Positions 51,401-63,159 of a stretch of DNA of 64,000 nucleotides are shown here, in pieces. A model generated the notes under the pieces. That model did no database searches. It saw only the letters and a program-made list of their open reading frames with translations, and had not been told where the DNA came from. This DNA comes from Mobula hypostoma. Its lineage: Eukaryota. The stretch is from assembly GCF_963921235.1 (NCBI RefSeq), contig NC_086108.1, positions 114,516,001 through 114,580,000 on the forward strand, given 5' to 3'. A program made the position numbers and the translations under genes. Every line of letters begins with the position of its first letter. The stretch's first letter is position 1.

Positions 51401-52279
51401 TTTTTGGTGTGTTTGTGTGTGTGTATGTCTGTGTGTGTGTTTAATGGTCAGCATGAACTCGATGGGCCAAAGGGCCTGCTTCTGTCCAGGGCTAAGTAAA
51501 CAGGAGACATTTAAGGAAAATCTTCTTAAGCCCATCATCCCTCACAGCCCATAGGCCACGGACAGTAGCTCGCCAGAATTCCCGGCTCCGGGCCGATAGG
51601 AGGTTGATTGGTCCTGTGGCTTCCGCTATCACCACACAACTTTGTACATCCTTTTGGTGAAGATCCCAGGAATGAGATCTTTGGAACCTCTGATGGCATT
51701 TCTGTTGTTCTGGCTTTTTACAGGGTGGGGTTGCTAGCCCAATGCCCAAACGTCCTCCTTTCACATCTGGGCTTGGGACCGTCCATGGCAAACAGTCTAT
51801 GCTCTCTGACAATCCTGTTACACATTACAGTGCCTCTCCCCGCCCCCCCCCGCCATTTCTCCAGCATTCATATAACTCTGTGTATCCCTTCACACAGGCT
51901 GCTGGGGTGATAGCATTGCCTGACTTGGCCAACATGTGGATTTTATGATCCATCAGACATGTCATGCAAAGCAAATAATGTTTTAGTATTACCTTACCTT
52001 TGCAGCCCTGTTAAAGAAATCTGCACTCTCATGACTGGAAGCGCTCTCTCTTCTCAACGTTACCTCAAACCATGCATCCCTGCACCTAGGGCATGCCCTA
52101 TTATCAATATTACCATCAGGGAGGAGGTACAGGAGCCTGAAGACACACACTCAGTGCTTCCTCCCCTCTGCCATCAAATTTCTGAATGGACAGTGAACTT
52201 ATGAACGCAACCTGACTATTTTTGCGTTACTTAATTATATCTGCATATTTGCACATTTTTAATGCTGCTGTACACCTGT

Positions 52280-52440
52280 GGCATGGTGCCATAGCGGAGA
52301 GCTTTACAGCATCAGCAATCGGAAGACCGGGGTTCAATTCCAGCCTCTGTCTGTGAGGAGTCTGGATGTTCTCCTCGTGACCACGTATGTTTTCTCTGGG
52401 TGTTCCGCTTTCCTCCCACATTCCAAAGATGTACACATTA
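52280..52440 (+). mobile_element. tRNA-derived V-SINE
   Basis: B-box gggttcaattcc and core gttctcctcgtgaccacgt...gggtgttccgctttcctcccacattccaaaga. Confidence 0.7.
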
Positions 52441-53189
52441 GGGCATATAAAGCTCATCTTAAATCTTTAATTATTATCCAGAGAACACATAAGAACACAA
52501 CACTGCAGGAGAAGGTAGACCACTCAGCCCTTTAATCCTACACCACCATTCAATACAATAACGGCTGTTCATTGCAACCTCAGCTTCTCTCCTCTGCTAT
52601 TTCTCCACACCTATCTATCACATATTTATCTACCCCCAAGTATTGCTAATTTACCCCTCATTAAATATGGAACTACTTATCTAGTTTAGTTCAAAATAAA
52701 GTTGTTTATATAACTCGGCCATGACGATCCCAAGCACGACTGCAAAGTGAGACGGATTGGCCATGGGGCCCCATCCCATAAACACCCAGAGCTACAGAAG
52801 CACCAAAGACCTCATCACTGGGAGGGGAAGGTTCTTCAGAGATGGGCTACACCTGGGGACAATTTGAAAGACTGGTCCTAGACAAAGGTCTCTGCTGAAC
52901 TGTGCTCCAGTAGAGGTGATGGGCTTAAGTAAAAAAAATACTTCAAATACTTCTAAGATCCAGCTTCCAGTACCCTCTGGAGTGGAGAATTCCAGAGATT
53001 TCCCTTCCTTTGTGAGGATCCCCTAAACAACTCAGTACTAAATGCCCACCCCCTAATCCTGAAACTATATCCCCTCATTGAAGACTTTCCCACTAGTGGA
53101 AACATCTTCACATCTCACCTGTCGTGTCCCACCTGGCTCTCATACACCAGAGTAATCTCCATTTAATTCCCATTTGTGGGACCATAACA

Positions 53190-53570
53190 CCATAATATAT
53201 AGGAGCAGAATTAGGACATATGGCTCATCATGTCTGCTCTGCCATTTCCACATGGCTGATCTCATTTTCTGCTCAGCCTCAATCTCCTGCCTTCTCCCTG
53301 TAACCCTTCAGGCCCTGACCAATCAAGAATCTATCAGCCTCTGCCTTAAATATACTTAAAGACTTGGCCTCCACAGCTGCCTGTGACAAAGAATTACACA
53401 CATTCACCACTCTCCACCTAAAGAAATTCCTCCTCATTTCTGTTCTAAGAGGATGCCCCTCAATTCTGAGGCTGTGACCTCTTGACTTAGACTCTCCCGC
53501 CATAGGAAACATCCATTCTACCAAGGTCTTTCATTATTCGATAGGTATCAATGAGGTCACCCCTCTTGTC
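53190..53570 (-). mobile_element. CR1 3' end
   Basis: ORF 53279-53524 MFPMAGESKSRGHSLRI...RNFF...GYREKAG. Confidence 0.8.
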
Positions 53571-53809
53571 CCAGCAATTACTCAGCAGAACATCCTTTCG
53601 GCTGACATGGCCCTTTCTTAAATAAAGATAGAGGGTGGTGAACCTCTGGTATCTTCTCCCACCAATGAATGACCTCAGCCCAAAATGTTGACTGTTCATT
53701 CCTCTCCACAGATGCTGCCTGATCTGCTGAGATCCTCCAGCATTTTGAATGTGTTACTTTCTCCCCCACACAGCCATGAAGCTCCCTCACTGGGTGTGTC
53801 CAGGAGAAA

Positions 53810-54090
53810 GATTACTGGGTATCGGGATAATGAAGATCACCAACTATTGTGGTAATGAAGATCACTGGTTGCTGGGGTAATGAAGATCACTGACTATTGG
53901 GGTAATGAAGGTTCACTGGGTATTGGAGTAATGAAGATCACTGAGTATTTTTGGGTAATGAAGACCATTGAATGTTGGGGCAATGACAATCACCTAGTAT
54001 TTGTGTAATAAAGAACACTGGACGTTGAGGTCAGCGTATTGAAGATCGCTGAGTATTGGGGTAATAAAAATCACTAGAGATTGGGCTAAT
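53810..54090. repeat. Degenerate ~25-bp tandem repeat TAATGAAGATCACTGACTATTGGGG (~11 copies)
   Basis: The core taatgaagatcac recurs at ~25-bp spacing. Confidence 0.8.
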
Positions 54091-55769
54091 GTGGGTTAGG
54101 ATGATCCTGGGTGTGAAAGGGTTGATCATACACTATCTTACTACAGAGGAAGGTCGTTGGTGGGACCAACGGGGAAAATATCGAGGGGCAGTTGAGGACT
54201 GTGGGGAATGGTCTCTGAATCTGGGGCACCTGTTTAGGCAGAGATTGTGAAGAATTCCTCATCTTTGTGTGTTGCCAGTTTCAAAGACATTAACCTCAGA
54301 GAGTTGTTGAGCCTGAATCCTTGCCTATATCTACAGCTGGGAGAGGGAGGTTTCAGCCCGTAAGGGAACGCAGGGTTATGCGGATGTGGTGGGAACATGG
54401 ACGATCAAGATCAAAGTGAGATCACCCATGACCGTTTTAGAGTGGGTTCAGGGGATTAAATGGTCTCTTGCCACCAGAACACTTGTGGGCTGCCCACAAA
54501 TGACACATTTGACGATGTGACAAATAAAGCTAATCTTTGTATTTTCTCTCTCACCTCTGCACAAGTGGCAGTGACTGTGGAGAACAGCCCCATCTTCTGG
54601 CTAAGCATAGACCTGATCCGAAACATCCCTGACTGACCCTGAGAGGCAGCATACCATCCGGCTCTCTCTTTCACAACCACAGAATCTGAATGTGGAATTG
54701 AACCCCAATCGAACTCCTCTAATTGTGGAATCTCCTACCACTTCGGATCTTTGCGGGCATGGAACCCACTCTTGGGGTCTCACGCCTGGCCGCTATTCGA
54801 TATACCAAGGACGCAGCCTAGAAGACCAGCACATCTTCAGGGTTCTGGGATTCCGTGGCTGTGGAGGTGGCGGACTCAAGGTTGGTGCCTCTGCAGGAAA
54901 CTGGTGTGGCGTGGGAGTACGCAGAAGATCGAAAGCAGCGAGTTGGCTGTGTGCCCAGAGACACCGAGTTCTTTGGGCACAGAGCTCAGAAAAAGTGACG
55001 CAACAGACTTTTAACATCGTAAATCAGCAAGCTATTTGCTATGTCTCCCCTCTCACTGTGAAATGGGGAAACTGTTCTTCCCTTATTAAGGAGAGAGAGA
55101 AACAGCTGTGGTATGTCAAGTTACTGGATGAACAAGTAGTCTTTGGGGTACTGCAAGTCTGTGTCTTTATTGATGCTTTGCTGCACGCTTGTGTGCTCAG
55201 TGGGGGGCACTGATGCTTTTTTTGCCGGTGGGGGTGGGGGATCATTGTTTTGCTGCTGCTTGTGCGTGGGAGGGGGTAGCTGGGGGGTCTTTGGGGTTCT
55301 AACATTTAACTGTCATTCATTCTTTGGGGCACTCTGTTTTTATGGATGTTTACGAAGAAAAAGAATTTCAGGATGTATATTGTATACATTTCTCCGACAT
55401 TAAATATGCCTTTGAAACTACTCTCTTCTGAGCCACATCCCTCCCCACCATTGGTTGTATTTAGACGAGGCACTCCCTCAAGGCAACATCCATCACCAAA
55501 GATCCCTACCATCCGAGTCATGCCATCTTCTCACAGCTCCTATGACATAAGGGTACAGAAGCCGGAAGTCCACACCACCAGGCTCAAGAAAAGCTTCTTC
55601 CCTTCAGCCATTCAGTTCTTAAACCCATCTATACCCCTCAATTTTGTATACTTCTATCAAATTTCCTCTCGATCTTCTTCAGGGTTTGATCAGAGCACAA
55701 CTGCGCAAGCTCGTGGACGTCAGCCAGTTAGAACAGCGGGAGGAGTTTAAAAGGAGACACCTTATAGAG

Positions 55770-58490
55770 CAGGCGTTCTGCCCTTCCCTCTCCTGACTTT
55801 TACCAACTTAACTGTCTCCCCAGGCCCCAGAGTGACTACCTGCCTATAGCTCCTCTCTATCACTTCCTCACTTTCCCTGACTAGACAAAGGTCATCGCGC
55901 TGCATCTCCAGCTCCCTAACGCAGTGCCTGAGGAGCTGCAGCTCAACACACAATAGACAATAGACAATAGGTGCAGGAGTAGGCCATTTGGCCCTTCGAG
56001 CCGGCACTGCCATTCACTGTGATCATGGCTGATCATCCACAATCAGTATCCAGTTCCTGCCTTATCCCCATAACCTTTGATTCCGCTATCTTTAAGAGCT
56101 CTATCCATCTCTTTCTTGAAAGCATCCAGAGACTTGGCCTCCACAGCCTTCTGGGGCAGAGCATTCCATATATCCACCACTCTCTGGGTGAAAAAGTTTT
56201 TCCTCAACTTCGTTCTAAATGGCCTATCCCTTATTCTTAAACTGTGGCCTCTGGTTCTGGACTCACCCATCAACGGGAACATACTTCCTGCCTCCAGCGT
56301 GTCTAATCCCTTAATAATCTTATATGTTTCAATAAGATCCCCTCTCAGCCTTCTAAATTCCAAAGTATACAAGCCCAGTCGCTCCAATCTTTCGACATAT
56401 GACAGTCCCGCCATGCCGGGAATTAACCTTGTGAACCTATGCTGCACTCCCTCAATAGCAAGAATGCCTTCCTCAAATTTGGAGACCAAAACTGCACACA
56501 GTACTCCAGGTGTGGTCTCACCAGGGCCCTGTACAGCTGCTCTGGACTCAATTCCCCTTGTTATGAAGGCCAGCATGCCATTAGCTTTCTTCACTGCCTG
56601 CTGTACTTGCATGCTTGCTTTCAGTGACTGATGTACAAGAATACCTAGATCTCATTATACTTCCCCTTTTCCTAACTTGACTCCATTTAGATAATAATCT
56701 GCCTTCCTGTTCTTACCACCAAAGTGGATAACCTCACATTTATCCACATTAAACTGCATCTGCCCACTCACCCGGCCTGTCCAAGTCACCCTGCATTCTC
56801 ATAACATCCTCCTCACATTTCACACTGCCACCCAGCTTTGTGTCATCGGCAGATTTGCTAATTTTACTTTTAATTCCCTCATCTAAATCATTAACATATA
56901 TTGTAAACAGCTGCGGTCCCAGCACTGAACCCTGCGGTACCCCACTGGTCACCGCCTGCCATTCCGAAAGGGACCCGTTAATCGCTACTCTTTGCTTTCT
57001 GTCAGCCAGCCAATTTTCAATCTATGTCAGTACTCTGCCCCCAATACCATGTGCCCTAATTTTGCCCACTAATCTCCTATGTGGGACTTTATCAAAGGCT
57101 TTCTGAAAGTCTAGGTACACTACATCCACTGGCTCTCCCTTGTCCATTTTCATAGTTACATCCTCAAAAAATTCCAGAAGATTAGTCAAGCACGATTTCC
57201 CCTTCATAAATCCATGCTGACTCAGACTGATCCTGTTACTGCTATCCAGATGTGTTGTAATTTCATTTTTTATAATTGACTCCAGCATCATTCCTACCAC
57301 CGACGTCAAGCTAACCGGTCTATAATTCCCTGTTTTCTCTCTCCCTCCCTTCTTGAAGAGAGGGACAACATTAGCCACCCTCCAATCCACAGGAACTCAT
57401 CCTGAATCTATAGAACATTGGAAAATGATTACCAATGCGTCCACGATTTCTAAAGCCACCTCCTTAAGTACCCTGGGATGCAGACCATCAGGTCCCAGGG
57501 ACTTATCAGCCTTCATACCCAACAGTCTATCCAACACCATTTCCTGCCTAATATAAATTTCCTTCAGTTCCTCCATTGCCCTAGGTCCTTTGGCCACTAT
57601 TATATCTGGGAGATTGTTTGTGTCTTCCCTAGTGAAGACAGATCCAAAGTAACTGTTCAACATGTCTGCCATTTCCTTGTTCCCCATTATAAATTCACCC
57701 GTTTCTGTCTTCAAGGGCCCAATTTTGGTCTTAACTATTTTTTTCCTTTTCACATACCTAAAGAAGCTTTTACTATTGTCCTTTATATTCTTGGCTAGTT
57801 TACCTTCGTACCTCATTCTTTCTCGGCGTATTGCCTTTTTAGTTACCTTCTGTTGCTCTTTAAAAGTTTCCCAATCCTCCGGCTTCCCACTCGTCTTTGC
57901 TATGTTATACTTCTCTTTTATTTTTATACTGTCCATTACTTCCCTTGTCAGCCATGGCCTCCCCTTACTGCCCTTAGGATCTTTCTTCCTCTTTGGAATG
58001 AACTGATCCTGCACCTTCCGCATTATTCCCAGAAACACTTGCCATTGCTGTTCCACTGCCATCCCTGCTAGGGTATTGTTCCATTGAACTTTGGCCAGCT
58101 CCTCCCTCATAGCACCATAGTTCCCTTTGTTCAACTGTAATACTGACACTTCCGAGTTTCTCTTCTCCCTCTCAAATTGTAGATTAAAACTTATCATATT
58201 ATGGTCACCTGGTGCAGATGCGGTCGTCCGGGAGGCCGGAGTCTCCCGGACTTCCCATGTCTGACACTGAGCATAGAAAACCAGCCTCACACACATTCTT
58301 CCTGTCTGTATTCTACACAGGTAACCTACCTCGCCTCCACCTGTTATCGCTGAAGCCTATTGAGCCAAAGCCTTCCTACTCTGTCTCCCTCTACTCCAGC
58401 GCCCACTCTATAGGGTATCTCTTTTTAAACTCTTCTTGCTGTTCTCACTGGCTGATGTCCACACGCTTGCGCAGTCGTGTTCCGATCAAA
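55770..58490 (-). mobile_element. Old CR1 5' UTR/ORF1 N-terminus split by a younger CR1
   Basis: 58209-58300 reads CQTWEVRETP...(I)CTR and 55770-55950 continues CVELQLL...VRELE...VRRGKG. Confidence 0.7.
55951..58208 (-). mobile_element. Young 5'-truncated CR1 LINE, same subfamily as 34950-36460
   Basis: ORFs 57397-58296, 57022-57390, 56749-56952 and 56043-56612. (CTATTGT)n tail at 55951-55970. The C-terminal peptide is identical to that of 35597-36361. Confidence 0.93.
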
Positions 58491-59800
58491 CTTGATGGTG
58501 AGGATCCTGAGAGGCAGGATTTATGAACATTTAGAGAGGCATAATATGATTAAGAATAGTCAGCATGGCTTTGTGAAAGGCAGGCCATGCCTTACGAGCC
58601 TGATTGAATTTTTTCAGGATGTGACTAAACATATTGATGAAGGTAGAGCAGTAGATGTAGTGTATATGGATTTCAGCAAGGCATTTGACAAGGTACCCCA
58701 TGCAAGGCTTATTGAGAAAGTAAGGAAGCATGGTGTCCAAGGGCACATTGATTTGTAGATCCAGAACTGGCTTGCTCACAGAATGCAAAGAGTGGTTGTA
58801 GATGGGTCATATTCTGCCTGGAGGTCGGTGACCAGTGGTGTGCCTCAGGGATCTGTTCTGGGACCCGTACTCTTTGTGATTTTTTTTAAATGATCTGGAT
58901 AAGGAAGTGGAGGGATGGGTTAGTAAATTTGCTGATGACACAAAGGTTGGGGGTGTTGTGGATTGTGTGGAGGGCTGTCAGAGGTTACTTGGGGACATTG
59001 ATAGGATGAAAACTGGGCTGAGAAGTGGCAGATGGAGTTCAACCCAGATACGTATGAGGTGGTTCATTTTGATGGCAGAATATACTATTAATGGTAAGAC
59101 TCTTGGCAGTGTGGAGGATCAGAGGGATCTTGGGGCCCAAGTCCATAGGACACTCAAAGCTGCTGCGCAGGTTGACTCTGTGGTTAAGAAAGCATACAGT
59201 GCATTGGCCTCCATCAATCATGGGATTGAGTTTAGGAGCTGAGGTAATGTTGCAGCTAAATAGGACCCTGGTCAGACCCCACTTGGAGTACTGTGCTCAA
59301 TTCTGGTCACCTCATTACAGGAAGGGTGTTGAAACCATAGAAAGGGTGCAGAGGAGATTTACAAGGATGTTGTCTGGATTGGGGAACATACCTCATGAGA
59401 ATAGGTTGAGTGAACTCGGCCTTTTTTGCTTGGAGCGACGGAGGATGAGAGGTGACCTGATAGATGATGATAGGCATTGATCATGTGGATAGTCAGAGGC
59501 TTTTTCCCAGGGCTGAAATGGCTAGCATGAAAGGGCAGTTTTAAGGTGCTTGGAAGTTGGTACAGAGATATCAGGGGTGTTTTTTTTTTATGCAGAGAGT
59601 GGTGAGTGCGTGGAATGGGCTGTCGGTGACGGTGGTGGAGGCAGATCGATAGGGTCTTTTAAGAGGCTCCTGGACAGGTACATGGAGCTCAGAAAAAGAG
59701 AGGGCTATGGGTAACCCTTGGTAATTTCTAAGGTAAGGACATGTTCGGCACAGCTTTGTGGGCCGAAGGGCCTATATTGTGCTGTAGGTTTTCTATGTTC
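58490..59800 (+). mobile_element. CR1 ORF2 3' half
   Basis: YMDFSKAFDKVPH (58477-58758), [20 protein letters not shown]. Tail ttttctatgtt. Confidence 0.88.
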
Positions 59801-60885
59801 TAAAGAATACAGTCCTAACCTATTCCACCTTTCCTTATAACTCAGATCCTCCAGATCTGGCAACATCCTTGTAAATTTTCTCTGCACTCTTTCAATCTTG
59901 TTTACATCTTTCCTGTAGGTAGGAGACCAAAAGTGCACACAATCCTCCAAATTAGGCCTGAAAGTCTTATACAACTTCAACATAACATTCCATCTTCTGT
60001 ACTGTATTGATTTATGAAGGCCAATGTGCCAAAAGCTTTCTTCATGACCTTATCTACCTGTGACGCCATTTTCAATGAATTATAGACTTGTATTTCCAGA
60101 TTCATTCTACCAAGTCTCAGTGCCCTACTGGTCACTGTGTAAGACCTATCTTGGTTAGTCCCCCCCCCACCCGAGGTGCAAAATCTCGCACTTCTCCACA
60201 TTAATGTCCATCGGCCATTTTTCTGGCCACTTTTCCAGTTGATGCAGATACCTCTGCAAGCCATAATAGCCTTCCTCACCATCCAGTACACCCTGAAACT
60301 TGATGTCATCCACGAATTTGCTGATCCAATTAATCACATTATCATCCAGATCATTGGTATAGATGACAAAGGACCCAGCACCAATCCCTGCAGCGTGCCA
60401 CTAGTCACCTTCCCAGTCAGAGAGGCAACCATCTACTACCACTCTCTGGCTTCTCCCCCAAAGCCAATGTCTAATCCAATTTACCATTCTGAATGCTGAG
60501 TGAATGAACCTTCTTAACCAGCCTCCCATGAGGGATCATGTCAAGTGCCTTACTAAAATCCATGTAGACAACATCTACTGCCTTGCCTTCATCCACGTTC
60601 CTGGTAACATCCTTGGAAAAACTCTAAAAGATTGGTTAGACATTACCTACCATGCATGAAGCCATGCTGACTAACCTCATCAGTCCCTGTCTCCAAATAC
60701 TTACATATCCAGTCCCTTAGAATACCTTCCAATGACTTTCCCACAACTGATGTTAAACTCACCTTCCTACAATTTCCCCATTTATGCTTAGAGCCCTTTT
60801 TAAACAGTGGAACAACATTGGCTGTCCTCCAATCCTCGTGTACTTCTGTCACCAAGGATGTTTTAAATATCTCTACTAGAGCCCA
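59801..60885 (-). mobile_element. CR1 ORF2 fragment, convergent with the preceding copy
   Basis: ORFs 60643-61041 (WRTANVVPLFKKG), 60155-60337 and 59705-59983. Confidence 0.85.
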
Positions 60886-61089
60886 AGCAATTGGTCTGAA
60901 AAATATTTCCATTTGCTGGTATACATGCATATGGTTCAATGACAATATACTTGAACTTGTAAGGATGGATGTTTGAAAGAAGGAATGTTTGTGAAAGGAC
61001 GTATCAAAATGTTTAATAGCAGAAATTTCTGTTGCTCCCATGATAAACTACCTTCCTTGGCATTATCAATCGAGCCAGATAATTACCTT

Positions 61090-61448
61090 TTTGAACATTG
61101 AATTCTCCTACTTCCAGTAATTCCCTCCCCCCTCCCCCAGCTGCCTACTACCTTCCTCATGGTTCCACCTCCTTCTACTACCCGTTGTGTTTTCCCCTCT
61201 TCCTTCTTCACCTTTCCTGCCTATCACCTCCCTGCTTCCCCTCCCCCACCCCTTTATCTTTCCTCTTACTGGATTTTCACCTGGAACCTACCAGCCTTCT
61301 CCTTCCCACCCTCCTCCCACCTTCTTTATAGGGCCTCTGCCCCTTCCCCCTACAGTCCTGACGAAGGGCTCCGGCCCGAAACGTCGACCGATCGTTTCCA
61401 CGGATGCTGCCCAACCTGCTGAGTTCCTCCAGCGTGTTGCGAGTGTTG
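61090..61448 (+). mobile_element. 5'-truncated Penelope 3' module with 14-bp TSD
   Basis: CAGATAATTACCTT at 61076-61089 and 61449-61462. Homologous to 19870-20259. Confidence 0.88.
61354..61389 (+). ncRNA. Minimal type-I hammerhead ribozyme motif (best-preserved copy)
   Basis: AGTC-CTGACGA-A-GGGC(TCCG)GCCC-GAAA-CGTC-GACC: intact core, perfect 4-bp stem II, GUC triplet. Confidence 0.75.
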
Positions 61449-61703
61449 CAGATAATTACCTTCATGCTTCAATTACACCAGTGAACAGTCCTTATGTACA
61501 AAATAGAGAAGGCCATTCAGCCCAGCTCTAACAGGGTAGACAGTTTCATCAATGTTTCCACTGGTTGCTACTTATTTCTTTCCTAACACTCATTCTGAAA
61601 AAGCACACAGGATAAATAACGCACGGCATTTAAACCTTACGTTTGATGTATCCTCTACCGTAACATTTCCAAACAATAAATATGCCCGATATATTTGGGA
61701 CGC

Positions 61704-62065
61704 CATGGTACTGTAGTGGTTAACACAACGCTGTGACGAAGGGTCTCGGCCTGAAACGTCGACTGCGCTTCTTCCTATAGATGCTGCCTGGCCTGCTGCG
61801 TTCACCAGCAACTTTGATGTATGTTGCTTGAATTTCCAGCATCTGCAGAATTCCTGTTGTATACATTCTTTTCCACATGTTCATGGTGTACCCAGAGGAA
61901 ACCTGGTTTCCTGCCACAGTCCAAAGATCTACAGGTTGGTAAGTTAAGTGGTCATTGTAAATTGTCCTGTGATTAGGCTGGATTAAATCGGTGAGTTGCT
62001 GGGCAGTGTGGCTCTTTGGGCCAGTAGAGTCTGCTCTGTGTTGTCTCTCTAAATAAAACAATAAA
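61704..62065 (+). mobile_element. V-SINE remnant interrupted by a Penelope hammerhead module (~61734-61862)
   Basis: Head ggtactgtagtggttaacacaacgct. Insert TGACGA-agggtctcggcct-GAAA-cgtc-gact. SINE core resumes at ggtttcctgccacagtccaaaga. Confidence 0.65.
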
Positions 62066-62340
62066 ATTAAAACACTGTTCACATTATCCATAATATACTT
62101 TATACTTTATTGTCGCCAAACAATTGATACTAGAACGTACAATCATCATAGCGATATATGCTGCTGATTTAGAAAAAAGCAGAGATAGAATTCACTTCAC
62201 AAAAGTGGTATAAAACAAACCAGCACTCCAGCAGTGGTTAAGTTGCGCGGCTGTCAAGGGAAGATTACATCTGAGGTTACCGGCCGAGATTCCGACTGCA
62301 GACCAGCACCCTGCTTTCCTTAGGTACGAGTCACGATCAC

Positions 62341-62532
62341 CTGGGGTCCATCAGAATCCCAAGGTCACCTTCATCATCACTCTGATCCGTTGGCCCTCGG
62401 TGCTGCCGCTGCCCCGCTGCGGCCCCCCGTCGCCTCCTGCGGGTGTAGACGATGGCAGCATTGCCAGTCACCCCGCTGGGCTCCTGGGGTGGAACACTGG
62501 AGGCCATGAGGGCTTGAAGGCTGGCATGAAAC
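62341..62532 (-). CDS. Candidate host-gene exon A (192 nt, phase 2 to 2): FHASLQALMASSVPPQEPSGVTGNAAIVYTRRRRRGAAAGQRQHRGPTDQSDDEGDLGILMDP
   Basis: GC/CpG-rich unique island. Acceptor ttgtcattgtttgtctcctgggttgcAG (62534-62533), donor CAG|GTGATC. Only one of three frames is open. ATG at 62507 (ccctcATGG) could be a start codon. Confidence 0.65.
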
Positions 62533-62719
62533 CTGCAACCCAGGAGACAAACAATGACAAGTTTCTTCCCGGGCAGTAATGGTGACAGATTCTTAGTTAA
62601 CAATTTTTAGCGAAGGGATAAGAGAGGAAGATTTGCAGTGATCTGGGAGGCTATGCTTGAAACAGTGGCAGAACCAGATTCAATGTGAGCTTGCAAATGG
62701 AACTGAGGAAAGAGAAAAG

Positions 62720-63145
62720 ATAATAGAATATAAAAGCAAAGATGTGATGCTGAGGCTTTCTAAGGCATTGGACAAACCACATGGAGTATTGTAAGCAATT
62801 TTAGGCCCTTTATTGGAACGAATCAAAAGGTTCACAAGAAAGATCCTAGGAATGAAAGGGTTACGGCAAGAAGAGCGTTTGATGGCTCTGTGGCTGTACT
62901 CACTGGAGTTTAGAAGAATGGGGGGGGATCTTATTGAAACCTACCAAATACTGCAAGGCCATGTGGAGAGGATAATTCCTATAGTGAGGGAGTCAGGATC
63001 AGAGGACATATCTTCAGGATAGAGGGATATCCATTTAGAACTGAAATGAGGAAGGTTATGGGGAGAATAGGGTTGAGAGTGAAAATAAATCAGCTAATGT
63101 GGAACAGTCTCAATAGGCTGAATGGCCTTATTGTGCTCCTATGTC
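62720..63145 (+). mobile_element. Degraded CR1 3' fragment
   Basis: ORF 62813-63022 KRFTRKILGMKGL...YSLEFRRMGGDLIETY. Confidence 0.75.
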
Positions 63146-63159
63146 ATTGAAATACTGTG

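Noticed and set aside
53810..54090. Conserved core with variable flanks, resembling a CRISPR or snoRNA box array
   Set aside because: The variable parts are diverged copies of one 25-bp unit, so this is an ordinary old minisatellite.
57397..58296. 299-aa ORF as a novel gene
   Set aside because: Chance in-frame junction of an old CR1 ORF1 start with an inserted CR1 ORF2 fragment.
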